64,000 nt of DNA from an uncultured Acidobacteriota bacterium (GTDB lineage Bacteria > Acidobacteriota > Thermoanaerobaculia > UBA5066 > Gp7-AA6). The notes beneath the pieces were generated by a model, which was given only the letters and a program-made list of their open reading frames with translations, made no database searches and was not told the origin of the DNA. How positions within the stretch are numbered: the first letter of the stretch is position 1; the number at the start of each line of letters is the position of its first letter. Shown here in pieces: positions 11,194-22,558 of the stretch. The DNA is taken from contig CAVXTP010000006.1 of NCBI GenBank assembly GCA_963764715.1, positions 1-64,000 on the forward strand, written 5' to 3'. The position numbers were made by a program, and so were the translations under genes.

Positions 11194-12018
11194 ATGGACC
11201 CGGTCCGCGGCGAGCGCATCGTTCGGTACGAGGCCGGCGAGGCCAAGCCCCGCGAGGACCGGGTGACGGTCGAAGAGCCCCTCGAGATCCGCGTCGGGGC
11301 CGAGACGCTCGCCGTCACGATGCGGACCCCCGGGCACGATTTCGATCTGGCGGCCGGCTGGCTTCTCTCCGAGGGCATCGTCCGGCGACCCGAGGAGATC
11401 GTCCGGCTGGAACATTGCCGGGAGGTCCGTTCCGAGGAAGAGGAAGGCAACGTCGTCATCGTCCGCTCCACCGCGCCCGCGGGCGGGCTCGATCGCGCGA
11501 AGCGGCTGCTGCTCACGAGCTCGTCCTGCGGTCTCTGCGGCAAGGGGTCGATCGAGTCGATCCACGGACGCTTCCCGCCGGTCGAGTCCGACGCCCGCAT
11601 TTCCCCCGACGTCCTCGGCGAGCTGCCGGCGAAACTGCGCCGGGCGCAGGCGGCCTTCGCCGAGACGGGCGGACTGCACGGGGCCGGCGTCTTCACGCTC
11701 GAGGGCGAGCTCCTGGCTTCGCGGGAGGACGTCGGGCGCCACAACGCCGTCGACAAGGTCCTCGGGCACCTTTTCCGCGAGGGCCGCGTTCCCCTGTCGC
11801 GACACGTCCTGCTCGTCTCCGGCCGCGCCTCCTTCGAAATCGTTCAGAAGGCGGTGGCGGCCGGGGTGCCCATCCTCGCCGCGGTATCCGCGCCCTCTTC
11901 GCTGGCGATCGATCTCGCGCGCGCCGCGCGCGTGGCTCTCGTCGGGTTCCTTCGCGAGGGGGGCTTCAATCTCTATTCGGCGGAGGACCGCCTCGCCGTT
12001 CCCGCGCGCGCTCGATGA
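11194..12018 (+). CDS. fdhD: Formate dehydrogenase accessory sulfurtransferase FdhD
   Basis: TMRTPGHD, SSCGLCG, TGGLHGA, REDVGRHNAVDK, SGRASFEIVQKA. Confidence 0.95.
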   Translation: MDPVRGERIVRYEAGEAKPREDRVTVEEPLEIRVGAETLAVTMRTPGHDFDLAAGWLLSEGIVRRPEEIVRLEHCREVRSEEEEGNVVIVRSTAPAGGLDRAKRLLLTSSSCGLCGKGSIESIHGRFPPVESDARISPDVLGELPAKLRRAQAAFAETGGLHGAGVFTLEGELLASREDVGRHNAVDKVLGHLFREGRVPLSRHVLLVSGRASFEIVQKAVAAGVPILAAVSAPSSLAIDLARAARVALVGFLREGGFNLYSAEDRLAVPARAR

Positions 12019-12301
12019 TCCCGGGGATCACCCAGCCGAGCAGGACGCCCGCGAAGACGAGCAGGCCGACGGCGATCGCGAAGGCGAGGCCGATGCCGAC
12101 ACACGAGAGCGCGGTCATGACGCCCTCATTGTCGCCGGAGCGGCCGTGACGCCGCGCGAGGACCCCGAGGAACGGCTCAAAAGCGGCAAGGCCGTCGCGG
12201 CGGCGCTTTTGCTCGCGGGCGTGATCTTCGCGGCCGCGGCGGTCTTTCTGTGGGTCCTTTTGGCCCGGGGTTGCGCCAGGCCTTCAATATAATCCGGCGC
12301 C

Positions 12302-14386
12302 ATGAAGTCATTCTCCGCTCCGGACATTCGCAATGTCGCCGTCGTCGGTCACAACACGGTCGGAAAGACCACGCTCGTGGCCTCGCTCCTGTACGCCGCC
12401 GGCGTAACCACGCGGGCCGGCCGGATCGAGGACGGCACCTGCCCGACGGATTTCGACGGCGAGGAAATCGACCGGAAGATCTCGATCAACCTGGCCTGCG
12501 CCCACGTCCTCCATCGCGACACGAAGATCAACTTCATCGACGCCCCCGGCTACGGCATCTTCTCAACCGAGGCCCGGGCCGCCGTCTACGCCGCCGACGC
12601 CGCGATCATCGTCCTCGACGCCGTTTCGGGGGTCGAGGTCCAGACCGAGCGCGTCTGGAAGTTCGCCGCCGAGTTCGGCCGGCCGGTCCTCTTCATCGTC
12701 AACCGGATGGACCGCGAGCGCGCGTCCTTCGACCGGGCGGTCGCCTCGCTCCAGAAGAAGTTCGGGCGCGGCGTCGTCGCCCTTCACATTCCCATCGGCG
12801 AGGAGAAGGCCTTCCACGGCACGGTCGATCTCGTCCGGATGGAGGCGCACGTCAACGACGACGGGAAGCGCAGCGACGGCCCGATCCCGGCCGAGCTCGC
12901 GGAGCGGGCCAGGGCCGAGCACGAGGCTCTCGTCGAGGCGGTCGCCGAGGGCGAGGACGACCTCATGGAGAAGTTCTTCGCCCAGGGCACTCTCGAGGCC
13001 CAGGACATCGTCCCGGGATTGAAGCGTGAGATCGTCGAGCGCAAGATCTTCCCCGTCCTCTGCGCCTCCTCCTCCCACACCGTCGGGGCCATGCGGATCC
13101 TGGACGCGTGCGTCGCCCTTCTGCCGTCGCCGGACGAGCGCAAGACCGAGGCCGTCGGCAAGGACGGGAAGCCCGCGATGATCTTCTGCAACGAAAAGGA
13201 CCCGGCCGTCGCCCAGGTCTTCAAGACGGTCTCGGACCCGTTCGCGGGCCGCATTTCCTACCTGCGCGTCCTGGCGGGCCACTTCCAGTCCGACGGCACA
13301 TACTGGAACTCGGGCAAGAGCGTTCCGGAGCGCTTTTCGGGGCTCTTCCTGCCGCAGGGCAAGGAGCACGTCAGCGTCGCCGAGGCGAAGGCCGGAGACA
13401 TCGTGGCCGTCGCCAAGCTCAAGGAGACGCTGACCGGCGACACGCTGACGGCCAAGGACCATCCCGTCGTCATCCCGGCGCTCAAGGTCCCCGAGGCCTC
13501 GATCGCCTACGCCATCGAGCCCAAGGCCAAGGGCGACGAGGACAAAATCTCGACTGCCCTCCACAAGCTGATCGAGGAGGATCCGTCGCTCTCCTTTCAG
13601 CGCGACGAGGAGACCAAGGAGTTCCATCTCGCCGGGGCCTCGCAGCTCCACGTCGAGATCGCCGTCGCGCGGCTCAAGAAGCGCTACGGCGTCGAGGTCA
13701 TCCTCCATCCGCCCAAGGTCCCGTACCGCGAAACCATCACCCGCAAGGCCGAGGCCCACGGCCGGCACAAGAAGCAGACCGGCGGCCACGGCCAGTTCGC
13801 CGACTGCCGCATCCGCGTGGAGCCCCTGCCCCGAGGCAAGGACTTCGAGTTCGTCGACGACATCTACGGCGGAGCGATCCCGCGCAACTTCATCCCCGCC
13901 GTCGAGAAGGGCATCCAGGAAGTCCGCCGCAAGGGCTTCCTCGCCGGCTACCCCATGGTCGACTTCCGCGTGACCCTCTACGACGGGCAGTACCACGACG
14001 TCGACTCCTCGGAACTCGCGTTCAAGCTCGCCGGGGCGCTCGCCTACAAGGAGGCCATGGCGGCGGCCCGGCCGACGCTGCTCGAGCCGGTCATGAACGT
14101 CGAGATCACGGCGCCGAACGAGTACGTCGGCGACCTGATGGGCGACCTCTCCTCCCGCCGCGGGAAGGTCGAGGGCATGGACGCCGCCGAAGACGATACC
14201 GTCATCAAGGCCCAGGTGCCGATGTCGGAGCTCCTGACCTACGGCGCGCAGCTGCGGTCGATTACCCAGGGCCGCGGCTCGTTTCACCTCGAGTTCTCGC
14301 ACTACGCCGAGGTCCCGCACGCGCTGCAGGAGAAGGTGATCGCGCAGTCCAAGTCCGGCAAGGGCGGCGAGGCGAAGGAAGCCTAG
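12302..14386 (+). CDS. Elongation factor G paralog (EF-G2-like)
   Basis: Full-length EF-G architecture (PKVPYRETI, KKQTGGHGQFA, DVDSSELAF) with divergent G motifs GHNTVGKTT, DAPGY, NRMD. Confidence 0.92.
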   Translation: MKSFSAPDIRNVAVVGHNTVGKTTLVASLLYAAGVTTRAGRIEDGTCPTDFDGEEIDRKISINLACAHVLHRDTKINFIDAPGYGIFSTEARAAVYAADAAIIVLDAVSGVEVQTERVWKFAAEFGRPVLFIVNRMDRERASFDRAVASLQKKFGRGVVALHIPIGEEKAFHGTVDLVRMEAHVNDDGKRSDGPIPAELAERARAEHEALVEAVAEGEDDLMEKFFAQGTLEAQDIVPGLKREIVERKIFPVLCASSSHTVGAMRILDACVALLPSPDERKTEAVGKDGKPAMIFCNEKDPAVAQVFKTVSDPFAGRISYLRVLAGHFQSDGTYWNSGKSVPERFSGLFLPQGKEHVSVAEAKAGDIVAVAKLKETLTGDTLTAKDHPVVIPALKVPEASIAYAIEPKAKGDEDKISTALHKLIEEDPSLSFQRDEETKEFHLAGASQLHVEIAVARLKKRYGVEVILHPPKVPYRETITRKAEAHGRHKKQTGGHGQFADCRIRVEPLPRGKDFEFVDDIYGGAIPRNFIPAVEKGIQEVRRKGFLAGYPMVDFRVTLYDGQYHDVDSSELAFKLAGALAYKEAMAAARPTLLEPVMNVEITAPNEYVGDLMGDLSSRRGKVEGMDAAEDDTVIKAQVPMSELLTYGAQLRSITQGRGSFHLEFSHYAEVPHALQEKVIAQSKSGKGGEAKEA

Positions 14387-14472
14387 GCGCCGGCGGCGGG
14401 AGCCGAACCGCGGGGGCCGTCACGACATCGTCGATCGGGGCGACGGCCACGCCGGCCCCCCGCTTCACGGAC

Positions 14473-15996
14473 TCAGAGCGTCCTCCAGCGCCTTCCGTCT
14501 TTCTCGAGAAAGCGGTCGGCGGCCTCGGGGCCGAACGTGCCGGCGGCGTAATTGGGGAAATCCGCCGGCGGCGTCCGCTCCCACGCGTCGAGGATCGGGG
14601 TCAGCACCTCCCAGGCGTGCTCGGCCTCGTCGCCACGGATGAAGAGCGTCTGATCCCCGTGCGTGACGTCGACGAGAAGCCGCTCGTACCCGCCGGCGAT
14701 CGGCGCGCCGAGCTTCGAGTACGGGAAGTCCATGTATACCGACTGGACCTGCAGCACCGAACCGGGGACCTTGACGCCGAACTTCAGCGACACGCCCTCG
14801 TCCGGCTGGATGTGCAGGCGCAGCACGTTCGGCGAGAGCTCGCCCGAGGCCTTGCTGAAAAAGCGGTGAGGCACCTGCTTGAACTCGATCGCGACCTCGG
14901 TCACCCGCTTGGCCAGCCGCTTGCCGGAACGCAGGTAGAAGGGCACGCCCGCCCAACGCCAGTTGTCGATCGCCACCTTGATCGCGGCGTAGGTCGGCGT
15001 AAGGGATTGCGGATCGACCTTCTCCTCCTCGCGGTAGCCAGGCACGCGCTTGCCGTTGACGACGCCCGGGCCGTACTGCCCGCGGACGGCCCACTCGGCG
15101 ATCCCGTCGTTTTCGAAGGGGCGGATCGACTCGAGGACCTTGACCTTTTCCGCGCGGATCGCGTCGGCCTCGTAGGCGGCGGGAGGCTCCATCGCCGTCA
15201 GGGTCAGGAGCTGCATGATGTGGTTCTGGAACATGTCGCGCACGACGCCCGCTTCCTGGTAGAACCCGGCGCGATGCCCGACCCCGACCGACTCGGCGAC
15301 CGAGATCTGGACGTGGTCGACGTAGCGGTGGTTCCACATCGGCTCGAAGATGCCGTTGGCGAAGCGCAGGACGAAGATGTTCTGGACCGTCTCCTTCCCG
15401 AGGTAGTGGTCGATCCGGTAGACCTGTTTCTCGGGGAAGACCTTGAGGAGGACCTCGTTCAAGTGCCGGCAGGTCGCGAGGTCGTGGCCGAACGGTTTCT
15501 CGACGACCGCGCGCACCCAGCCGTTCGCGACCCGGGTCAGCTCCGCCTCGCCGAGGCCACGGAGGATCGGCTCGTCGGCGTCGGGGGGTGTCGCGAAATA
15601 GAAGATCCGGTTGCGCGCGCCCGAGCGCTTGCCCTCGATCGCGTCGAGCGCGCCGCGGACGTTCCGGTAGAGGTCCGGGTCGCCAAAATTGCCCGCCACG
15701 TATCGGACGACTGCCGGGAGGTCTCCCGGCCGCCCCTGGGTCGGCGGCGTGAACTCGCGGGCGCCCTCCTCGAGGTGCCGGCGAAACTCCTCGTCGGTGT
15801 AGTGCGTTCGGCCGATGCCGACGATCGCGAAGTCGGGCGAGATCGCGCCGTCGCGGTTCAAGTGCGCGATGGCGGGCGCGAGCAGGCGTCGCGTGAGATC
15901 GCCCGAGGCGCCGAAGATGACGAGCGTGCACGGAGGCCGGATCTCCTCCTCGGAGCGCCGAGCCGTTCCGGGCGCCAAACCGGTCGGGGAGCTCAT
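14473..15996 (-). CDS. zwf: Glucose-6-phosphate 1-dehydrogenase
   Basis: GASGDL, EKPFG, RIDHYLGKETVQN, RWAGVPFYLRSGK. Confidence 0.96.
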   Translation of the reverse strand: MSSPTGLAPGTARRSEEEIRPPCTLVIFGASGDLTRRLLAPAIAHLNRDGAISPDFAIVGIGRTHYTDEEFRRHLEEGAREFTPPTQGRPGDLPAVVRYVAGNFGDPDLYRNVRGALDAIEGKRSGARNRIFYFATPPDADEPILRGLGEAELTRVANGWVRAVVEKPFGHDLATCRHLNEVLLKVFPEKQVYRIDHYLGKETVQNIFVLRFANGIFEPMWNHRYVDHVQISVAESVGVGHRAGFYQEAGVVRDMFQNHIMQLLTLTAMEPPAAYEADAIRAEKVKVLESIRPFENDGIAEWAVRGQYGPGVVNGKRVPGYREEEKVDPQSLTPTYAAIKVAIDNWRWAGVPFYLRSGKRLAKRVTEVAIEFKQVPHRFFSKASGELSPNVLRLHIQPDEGVSLKFGVKVPGSVLQVQSVYMDFPYSKLGAPIAGGYERLLVDVTHGDQTLFIRGDEAEHAWEVLTPILDAWERTPPADFPNYAAGTFGPEAADRFLEKDGRRWRTL

Positions 15997-16030
15997 GCGC
16001 AAAGTGTCTCGGGAGGCTCCGGAGACCCGG

Positions 16031-17146
16031 TCACGCCACCCTCATCGACTTCTCCTTCTCCTCGATCGCCCGTAGGAGACTGTCGTAGGAGTCCGAGAAC
16101 TTCTTGACGCCCTCGTCTTCGAGCTCCTTAACGACCGTGGCGAAGTCGACCTTGAGGTCCGGCAGGGCGCGGAACGCGGCGTGGGCGGCCTCGAGATCGT
16201 CGTGGATGCGGACCTTCGGGTCGCCGTGGTCCCGGTAGGCCTCGAAGGTCTCCGGCGGGATCGTGTCGACCGAATCGGGCGCGATCAGCGCCTCGACGTA
16301 ATAGACGTCGGGAAGCGACTTGTCCTTCGTCGAGGTCGAGGCCCAGAGGGGTCGCTGGACGCGGGCGCCCTTCGCCTTGAGCGCCGCGAACCGGGCGCCG
16401 CCAAAGACCTCCTCGAAGGCCTCGTAGGCGATCCGCGCATTGGCGACCCCGAGCTTGGCCCGCCACGTCTTCGCGTTCGGATTCCCGGCTTTCGTCAGCG
16501 CGTCGAGCCTGGCGTCGACGTTGGTGTCGACGCGCGACACGAAGAAGCTCGCGACCGAGCGGATGCGGTCGATCGGCTCCCCGCGCTTGACCCGCTCCTC
16601 GAGCGCCGAGAGATACGCGTCCATGACCTCGCGGTAGCGCGGGACGCCGAAGAGGAGGGTGATGTTGATGTTGATGCCGTCCGCGAGGCACTGGCGGATC
16701 GCCGGGACGCCCTGGGCCGTTCCCGGAATCTTGACCATGACGTTGGGCCGCTTGCACCTGTCCCAGAGACGGTGGGCCTCGGCGATCGTGCCCCCGGTGT
16801 CGCGGGCGAGATGCGGACTCACTTCGATCGAGACGAAGCCGTCATCCCCTCCGCTCGCGTCGAAGACCGGGCGGAACTGGTCGGCCGCGGCGGCGACGTC
16901 CGCCACGGCCAGGCTCTCGTAGATCGCGGCTGCGGGTTGCCCCGCGGCGCCGCGGATGACCTCGTCGTAGAGCGAGCTCTTCGCGATGGCGTTCTGGAAG
17001 ATTGTCGGGTTGGACGTCATGCCGCGCAGGCCGTCCTCCGCGATCAGCTTCTTCAGCTCCGGGCCCGTGTAGAGGTCCCGCCGGATGTAGTCGTACCAGA
17101 CGCTCTGACCGAGCTCTCCGAGCCGCTTCAGAGAATTCGTGCTCAT
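16031..17146 (-). CDS. tal: Transaldolase
   Basis: [43 protein letters not shown]; joined to tkt in the ORF track only through a frameshift. Confidence 0.93.
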   Translation of the reverse strand: MSTNSLKRLGELGQSVWYDYIRRDLYTGPELKKLIAEDGLRGMTSNPTIFQNAIAKSSLYDEVIRGAAGQPAAAIYESLAVADVAAAADQFRPVFDASGGDDGFVSIEVSPHLARDTGGTIAEAHRLWDRCKRPNVMVKIPGTAQGVPAIRQCLADGININITLLFGVPRYREVMDAYLSALEERVKRGEPIDRIRSVASFFVSRVDTNVDARLDALTKAGNPNAKTWRAKLGVANARIAYEAFEEVFGGARFAALKAKGARVQRPLWASTSTKDKSLPDVYYVEALIAPDSVDTIPPETFEAYRDHGDPKVRIHDDLEAAHAAFRALPDLKVDFATVVKELEDEGVKKFSDSYDSLLRAIEEKEKSMRVA

Positions 17147-19168
17147 GCTTTGCCTCCTTGCCTGCCGAGCACTCCGTGGGCGTACTTCACGACGTGCTCG
17201 ACGGTGAACCCGTATTCCTTCATCACGATTTCTCCCGGCGCCGAGGCCCCGTAGCGGTCGACGCCGATCGACCCGCCCCCGTCGCCGACGTACCGTTCCC
17301 ACCCCAGCGTCACGCCGGCCTCGATCGAGAGCCTCGCCCGGACGTCCGGCGGGAGCACCTCGTCGCGATACTCCTTCGGCTGCGTCTCGAAGAACTCCCA
17401 GCAGGGCATCGAAACGACCCGGGTCGGGATTCCCTCGGCCTCGAGCTTCGGGCGCGCCGCGGCGGCGAGCTGGAGTTCGGAGCCCGTCCCGATCAGGATC
17501 AGCCGCGGTTTTCCCCCCGACGCCTCGGCCAGGACATAGGCGCCGCGCGAGACGTCGCCCTTCGCGCCGGACCGGTCGAGGACGGGCACGTTCTGGCGGC
17601 AGAGCACGAGGCCCACGGCCCCCTCGCGGTGCTCGATCGCCGCGCGCCAGGCCTCGCGCGGTCTCGTTCGCGTCGCCGGGGCGGACGATCGAGAAGTGCG
17701 GCATTGCCCGCAGCGACATGAGCTGCTCGACGGCCTGGTGCGTCGGCCCGTCCTCGCCGAGCCCGATCGAGTCGTGCGTCCAGACGAAGATCGTCGGCAG
17801 GTGCGACAGGGACGCGAGGCGGATCGACGGGCGCATGTAGTCCGAGAAGCAGAAGAAGGTGGCGACGAACGGACGCACCCCTCCGTGGCAGGCCATGCCG
17901 TTGGCGATCGCCGCCATCGCGTGCTCGCGCACGCCGTAGTGGATGTTGTTCCCGGCGCCCGTCCGGCCGTCGAACTCGGCCGCGCCGTCGATGTGGGTCT
18001 TCGTCGACTCGGCGAGGTCGGCGTCGCCGCCGAGAAGCGCCGGCACGTGCCTGGCGATCGCGTTGATGGCCTTGCCGGACGCCACGCGGGTCGCGAGGGA
18101 TTCGCCCGCCTTCCACTTCGGAAGGTCGGTGTCCCAGCCTTTCGGCAGCTCGCCCTTCGCGTCGGCGCGCCACTCCTCGGCGAGATCCGGGTACGCCTTC
18201 GCGTACTCCTCGAAGCGCTGCAGCCACCCGGCCTCGGCCTTTTCGCCGCGGGCGACGGCCGAACGCAGGTGCTCGAGGGCTTCCTTCGGGATGTGAAACG
18301 CGTCCGTCCACTCCCAGCCCAGGTCCTTCTTCGTCAGCGCGACTTCCTCGACGCCGAGCGGGCTCCCGTGGGCGGCATTCGTCCCGGCCTTGTGGGGCGA
18401 GCCGTAGCCGATCGTCGTGCGCACGGCGATCATCGTCGGCCGCTCCTCCTGCGACACCGCCGTCCGGATCGCGCGGTCGATGCCGTCGAGATCGGTGTTC
18501 CCGTTCTCGACGCGCAGGACCTGCCAGCCGTAGGCCGCGTACCGCGCGAGCACGTCCTCGGTGAAGCTCTGCTTGGCGGGACCGTCGAGCGTGACGTGGT
18601 TGTCGTCGTACAGATAGACGAGCTTGCCGAGCTTCAGGTGCCCGGCGAGCGAGCCGGCTTCCCCGGAGATCCCCTCCATGAGATCGCCGTCGCCGACCAG
18701 GCAAAAGGTCCGGTGCGAAACGATCTCGTGGCCGGGACGGTTGAACCGGTGGGCCAGGAAGCGCTCCGCCATCGCCATGCCGACCGCGTTGGCGGTCCCC
18801 TGGCCCAGCGGGCCCGTCGTCGCCTCGACTCCGGGGGTCAGGTGAACCTCGGGGTGCCCGGGCGTGCGGCTGCCCCACTGGCGGAAGGCCTTGAGATCAT
18901 CCAGGCCGAGGTCGTAGCCCGTCAGATGGAGGAGGCTGTAGAGCAGCGCCGAGCCGTGGCCGGCCGACAAGACGAACCGGTCGCGGTCCGGCCAGTGCGG
19001 ATTACGGGGATTGTGCGAGAGATGACGGTGCCAGAGAACGTAGGCCATCGGCGCGGCTCCGAGCGGCAGGCCGGGATGGCCGGAATTCGCCTTTTGAACG
19101 GTGTCGATCGACAGGGTGCGGATGGTGTCGATCGCGAGCTCTTCGAGAGACTTCGCGGCAGTGGTCAA
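17143..19168 (-). CDS. tkt: Transketolase (frameshift near 17660)
   Basis: [40 protein letters not shown]; C-terminus in ORF 17143-17616. Confidence 0.95.
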
Positions 19169-19293
19169 GCGGGCCTCCTCGGCCGGATCTTATTACGCGG
19201 GTGCGAAACGGGGCGCGCAGCCAGTGCGGAGTTTCACTGAAGCGAACCGCGGCTCGTTCTGGTAGAGAATCGGGGCGCGAGGACCCGATTCCC

Positions 19294-21279
19294 GTGAAGA
19301 TCGAATCCGTAACCGCGCCCCGCGGCGCCCGAAATCCCCTCGAGTGGACCGGCGGAGACCTCTCCGACCGGGCGCTCTCCATGGAATGGCTCGAAACCGA
19401 CGGTCTCGGAGGATTCGCGTGCGGCACGGTGGCCGGCCCGCGGAGCCGGCGCTACCACGGGTGGCACGTCCCGGCGATCCCGCCGCCCCGCCGCCGCTGG
19501 ATGCTCGTGTCGGGCTGCGACGAGTTCGTGACCGCGCGGGGCCGCACGACCGGCATCTCGACGCAGGAGTATCACGACATCTTCCATCCCGAGGGGATGA
19601 AGAACCTTTCGCGCTTCCGGCTCGAGCCCTTCCCCACCTGGCGCCACGAAACCGGGGACTTCGCCGTCGAGCGTTCGCTCTGCCTCGTCCGCGACCGCGC
19701 CGTCACGATCGTGCGCTGGGTCAACCGGGGGACCGCGGAGCTGACGCTGCGGGTGCGGCCCCTCCTCGCCTTCCGCGGCCTCCACCGGCTGCAGACCGAG
19801 ACGGCCGACTGGGACGCTTCCGTCGAGGTGCGGGGCGAGACGTCGTGGGTCAAGCCGTTTCCCTACCTGCCCCGACTCTTCCTGCGCGGAGTCTTCGCCG
19901 CGACGCGGAGCGACCCGGCCTGGTACCGCCGGTTCCGGTACGCCGAGGAAGCCGCCCGCGGCTACGACTGCGAGGAAGACCTCTGGAGCCCGCTCGAGTG
20001 GGAGTGGACGCTGCGCCCCGATGCGCAGGCCTTCGCGCTCTTCTCGCTCGACGAGGTCGCGGGCGATCCCGACGGCTTCCTGGACGCCGAGCGAAAGCGG
20101 CGGCAACACTTTGCCCCGACCGGCGACTCCGTTTTCGACGAGCTCGCCCGGCGCTCCGAAGCCTTCGTCGCCGAGTCGGATCACCGCCGGACGACGGTGC
20201 TCGCGGGGTATCCGTGGCTGACCGACTGGGGCCGCCAGGCCATGATCGCGGCTCCCGGGCTGGCGCTCGCCCAGGGCCGTGCGGGGGCGCTCGCACGGGT
20301 CCTCAACACCTTCGGGGCCGACCAGCGCGACGGCCTCATCCCGGGCCATTACGACGGCGACGCCGGCCAGCCGGAGTACGACTCGATCGACGCCTCCCTC
20401 TGGTTCATTCTCGCGGTCGAGTGGTTCGGACGCGCCCGGCGCAACCCCTCGCGGCCGTCGCCTTTCCTCGGCGCGGTGCGCGCGATCGTCGACGCGTACC
20501 GCCGCGGAACGCGCTCGCACATCGGAGTGGGGCCCGACGGCCTGCTTTCCGGCGACTCCGCGAGGCGACCGCTGACCTGGATGGATGCCGTCCTCGACGG
20601 CCAGGCCGTGACGCCGCGCGCCGGCCGGCCGGTCGAGGTCAACGCCCTGTGGTACGCGGCCCTCAAGGCCGCCGCCCGGCTCGAACGGCTCGCCGGCGAA
20701 ACCGGGCGGGCGCGGGAGCTCGAGTCGGAAGCCTGGCACCTGGCGCGGCGGTTCAACGAGACCTTCTGGTGGGCCGAAAAGGGCTGCCTCTACGACGTCG
20801 TCGGGGACTTCGGGCCGGACCCGAGCGTGAGGCCGAACCAGATCTTCGCCGTCGCGCTGACGGACGATCTGCTCCCGCCGCACCGCGCGCGCTCGGTGTA
20901 CTGGTGCGTGCGGCGCCACCTGCTGACGCCCTTCGGGCTGCGAACGCTGGATCCGGAAGACCCCCGCTATCGCGGCGAGTGCACGGGCGACGAACGCTCC
21001 CGCCTGTCGGCCCTGCACCAGGGAACCGTGTGGCCATGGCTGATGGGAGCCTTCGCCGACGCGCACTTCCGGGTCTTCGGCAACAACGAGCAGTCGCGCC
21101 GGACGATGCGGGCGCTGCTCGCTCCGCTGCGCGCGCACGTGCGGGAGGCGGGCCTCGGGCACGTCGCCGAGATGTTCGACGGCGATCCACCGCACACCCC
21201 GCGGGGCTGTTTCGCCTCGGCCTGGAGCGAAGGCGAGATCGCGCGGGTCCTGTACACGCACATGCGGGGAGGGGAATGA
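19294..21279 (+). CDS. Glycogen debranching enzyme (amylo-alpha-1,6-glucosidase family)
   Basis: EWLETDGLGGFA, RRYHG, AGYPWLTDWGR, TWMDA, VEVNALWY, RPNQIFA, HQGTVWPW. Confidence 0.9.
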   Translation: MKIESVTAPRGARNPLEWTGGDLSDRALSMEWLETDGLGGFACGTVAGPRSRRYHGWHVPAIPPPRRRWMLVSGCDEFVTARGRTTGISTQEYHDIFHPEGMKNLSRFRLEPFPTWRHETGDFAVERSLCLVRDRAVTIVRWVNRGTAELTLRVRPLLAFRGLHRLQTETADWDASVEVRGETSWVKPFPYLPRLFLRGVFAATRSDPAWYRRFRYAEEAARGYDCEEDLWSPLEWEWTLRPDAQAFALFSLDEVAGDPDGFLDAERKRRQHFAPTGDSVFDELARRSEAFVAESDHRRTTVLAGYPWLTDWGRQAMIAAPGLALAQGRAGALARVLNTFGADQRDGLIPGHYDGDAGQPEYDSIDASLWFILAVEWFGRARRNPSRPSPFLGAVRAIVDAYRRGTRSHIGVGPDGLLSGDSARRPLTWMDAVLDGQAVTPRAGRPVEVNALWYAALKAAARLERLAGETGRARELESEAWHLARRFNETFWWAEKGCLYDVVGDFGPDPSVRPNQIFAVALTDDLLPPHRARSVYWCVRRHLLTPFGLRTLDPEDPRYRGECTGDERSRLSALHQGTVWPWLMGAFADAHFRVFGNNEQSRRTMRALLAPLRAHVREAGLGHVAEMFDGDPPHTPRGCFASAWSEGEIARVLYTHMRGGE

Positions 21280-21306
21280 GGAACGAGCGAGCCTTCTGAG
21301 CCGTCC

Positions 21307-22548
21307 ATGAAGGTCCTCATGTTCGGCTGGGAGTTCCCCCCGTACGTGTCGGGCGGTCTCGGCGTGGCCTGCGAGGGGCTGGTGCGGGGCCTTCTGGAGC
21401 TGTCGACCGAGATTTCCCTGGTGCTCCCCCGCCGCGTCCCGAGCTTCTCTCCACGCCTGCGGATCCTCACGGCCGGCCGTTCCGGCGAGAGCCGGGACCG
21501 GGCCCCGCGAGCCCGGCGGCCGAGACTCCGGATCCGTCGCGTCCGGACGCTGCTCAAGCCCTATCTCACCGAGGAGGTCTACGAGGAGGAGCTCCTCGCG
21601 ATCTCCCGCGGCGCGGCGCGCCGGCCCGGGCTCTACGGCCCGAACCTTCACGCGGAGGTGTTGCGCTACGCCGAGGAGGCCGCGCGCATCGCCGCCCGCG
21701 AGCCCTTCGACGTCATCCACGCGCACGACTGGCTGACGTTCATGGCCGGGATGCGGGCGAAGAGGGCGAGCGGCAAGCCCCTCGTCCTCCACGTGCACGC
21801 CACCGAATACGACCGCTCCGGCCACGTCGACGGCGGCTTCGTCGCCGGCGTCGAGCGGGCCGGACTCGCGGCGGCCGACCGGGTCGTCGCCGTGTCCGCG
21901 TACACGGCCGAGGTCCTGGCCGCCCGGTACGGCGTCCCCGGCGAAAAGCTTCGCGTCGTCCACAACGCGATCGACGTCCGCGCGCACCGCCCCCGGTGGA
22001 CCGTCGCCGCGGACGATCCCCTGGTCCTCTTCGCGGGCCGGGTCACGTGGCAGAAGGGCCCCGACTACTTCGTCGACGCCGCCGCCCGCGTCGCCGCGGA
22101 GATGTCCTCCGTCAAGTTCGCGGTGGCGGGCGCCGGTGACCGGCTGCGGCCCATGATGCAGCGCGTGGCCGACGCCGGCCTCGAGGACCGGTTCCTCTTC
22201 ACGGGCTTCCTCCCGCCCGAGGACCTCGACCGTCTTTATGCGCGGGCCGACGTGTACGTGATGCCGTCGGTGTCGGAGCCCTTCGGCCTCACCGCGCTCG
22301 AGGCGCTCCAGCACGGCACGCCGGCCATCGTCTCGCGCTCGGCCGGAGTCTCCGAGGTCGTCCGCCACGTCCTGCGCGTCCGCTTCGGCGACGTCGAGGA
22401 CCTCGCCTCCAAGATCCTCTCGGTCCTCCTGTTTCCGCCGCTCTCCCAGGCGCTCTCGGCGCGCGGCCGGGCCGAGGTCGAGCGTCTGTCGTGGCGCGAG
22501 GCGGCCTGGCGCTGCCGGACGATCTACCGCGAGGTGGTGGCAGAATGA
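21307..22548 (+). CDS. GT4 family glycosyltransferase (glycogen-synthase-like)
   Basis: MFGWEFPPYVSGGLG, HAHDWLT, HVHATEYDR, MPSVSEPFG. Confidence 0.9.
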   Translation: MKVLMFGWEFPPYVSGGLGVACEGLVRGLLELSTEISLVLPRRVPSFSPRLRILTAGRSGESRDRAPRARRPRLRIRRVRTLLKPYLTEEVYEEELLAISRGAARRPGLYGPNLHAEVLRYAEEAARIAAREPFDVIHAHDWLTFMAGMRAKRASGKPLVLHVHATEYDRSGHVDGGFVAGVERAGLAAADRVVAVSAYTAEVLAARYGVPGEKLRVVHNAIDVRAHRPRWTVAADDPLVLFAGRVTWQKGPDYFVDAAARVAAEMSSVKFAVAGAGDRLRPMMQRVADAGLEDRFLFTGFLPPEDLDRLYARADVYVMPSVSEPFGLTALEALQHGTPAIVSRSAGVSEVVRHVLRVRFGDVEDLASKILSVLLFPPLSQALSARGRAEVERLSWREAAWRCRTIYREVVAE

Positions 22549-22558
22549 GGCCGCACCG

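Noticed and set aside
11026-11805. 260-aa N-terminal extension of the kinase ORF (984 aa)
   Set aside because: It is mostly the antisense shadow of fdhD; kinase homology starts after Met at 11025.
11966-12118. Possible 50-aa single-TM small protein on the minus strand (MTALSCVGIGLAFAIAVGLLVFAGVLLGWVIPG..)
   Set aside because: The hydrophobic pattern is plausible, but it overlaps the fdhD 3' end and I cannot assign a family; not supportable without conservation data.
16031-19168. Apparent 1045-aa transketolase-transaldolase fusion
   Set aside because: Artifact of one frameshift near 17660. The real tkt C-terminus is in ORF 17143-17616 and tal has its own ATG with a GGAGG RBS.
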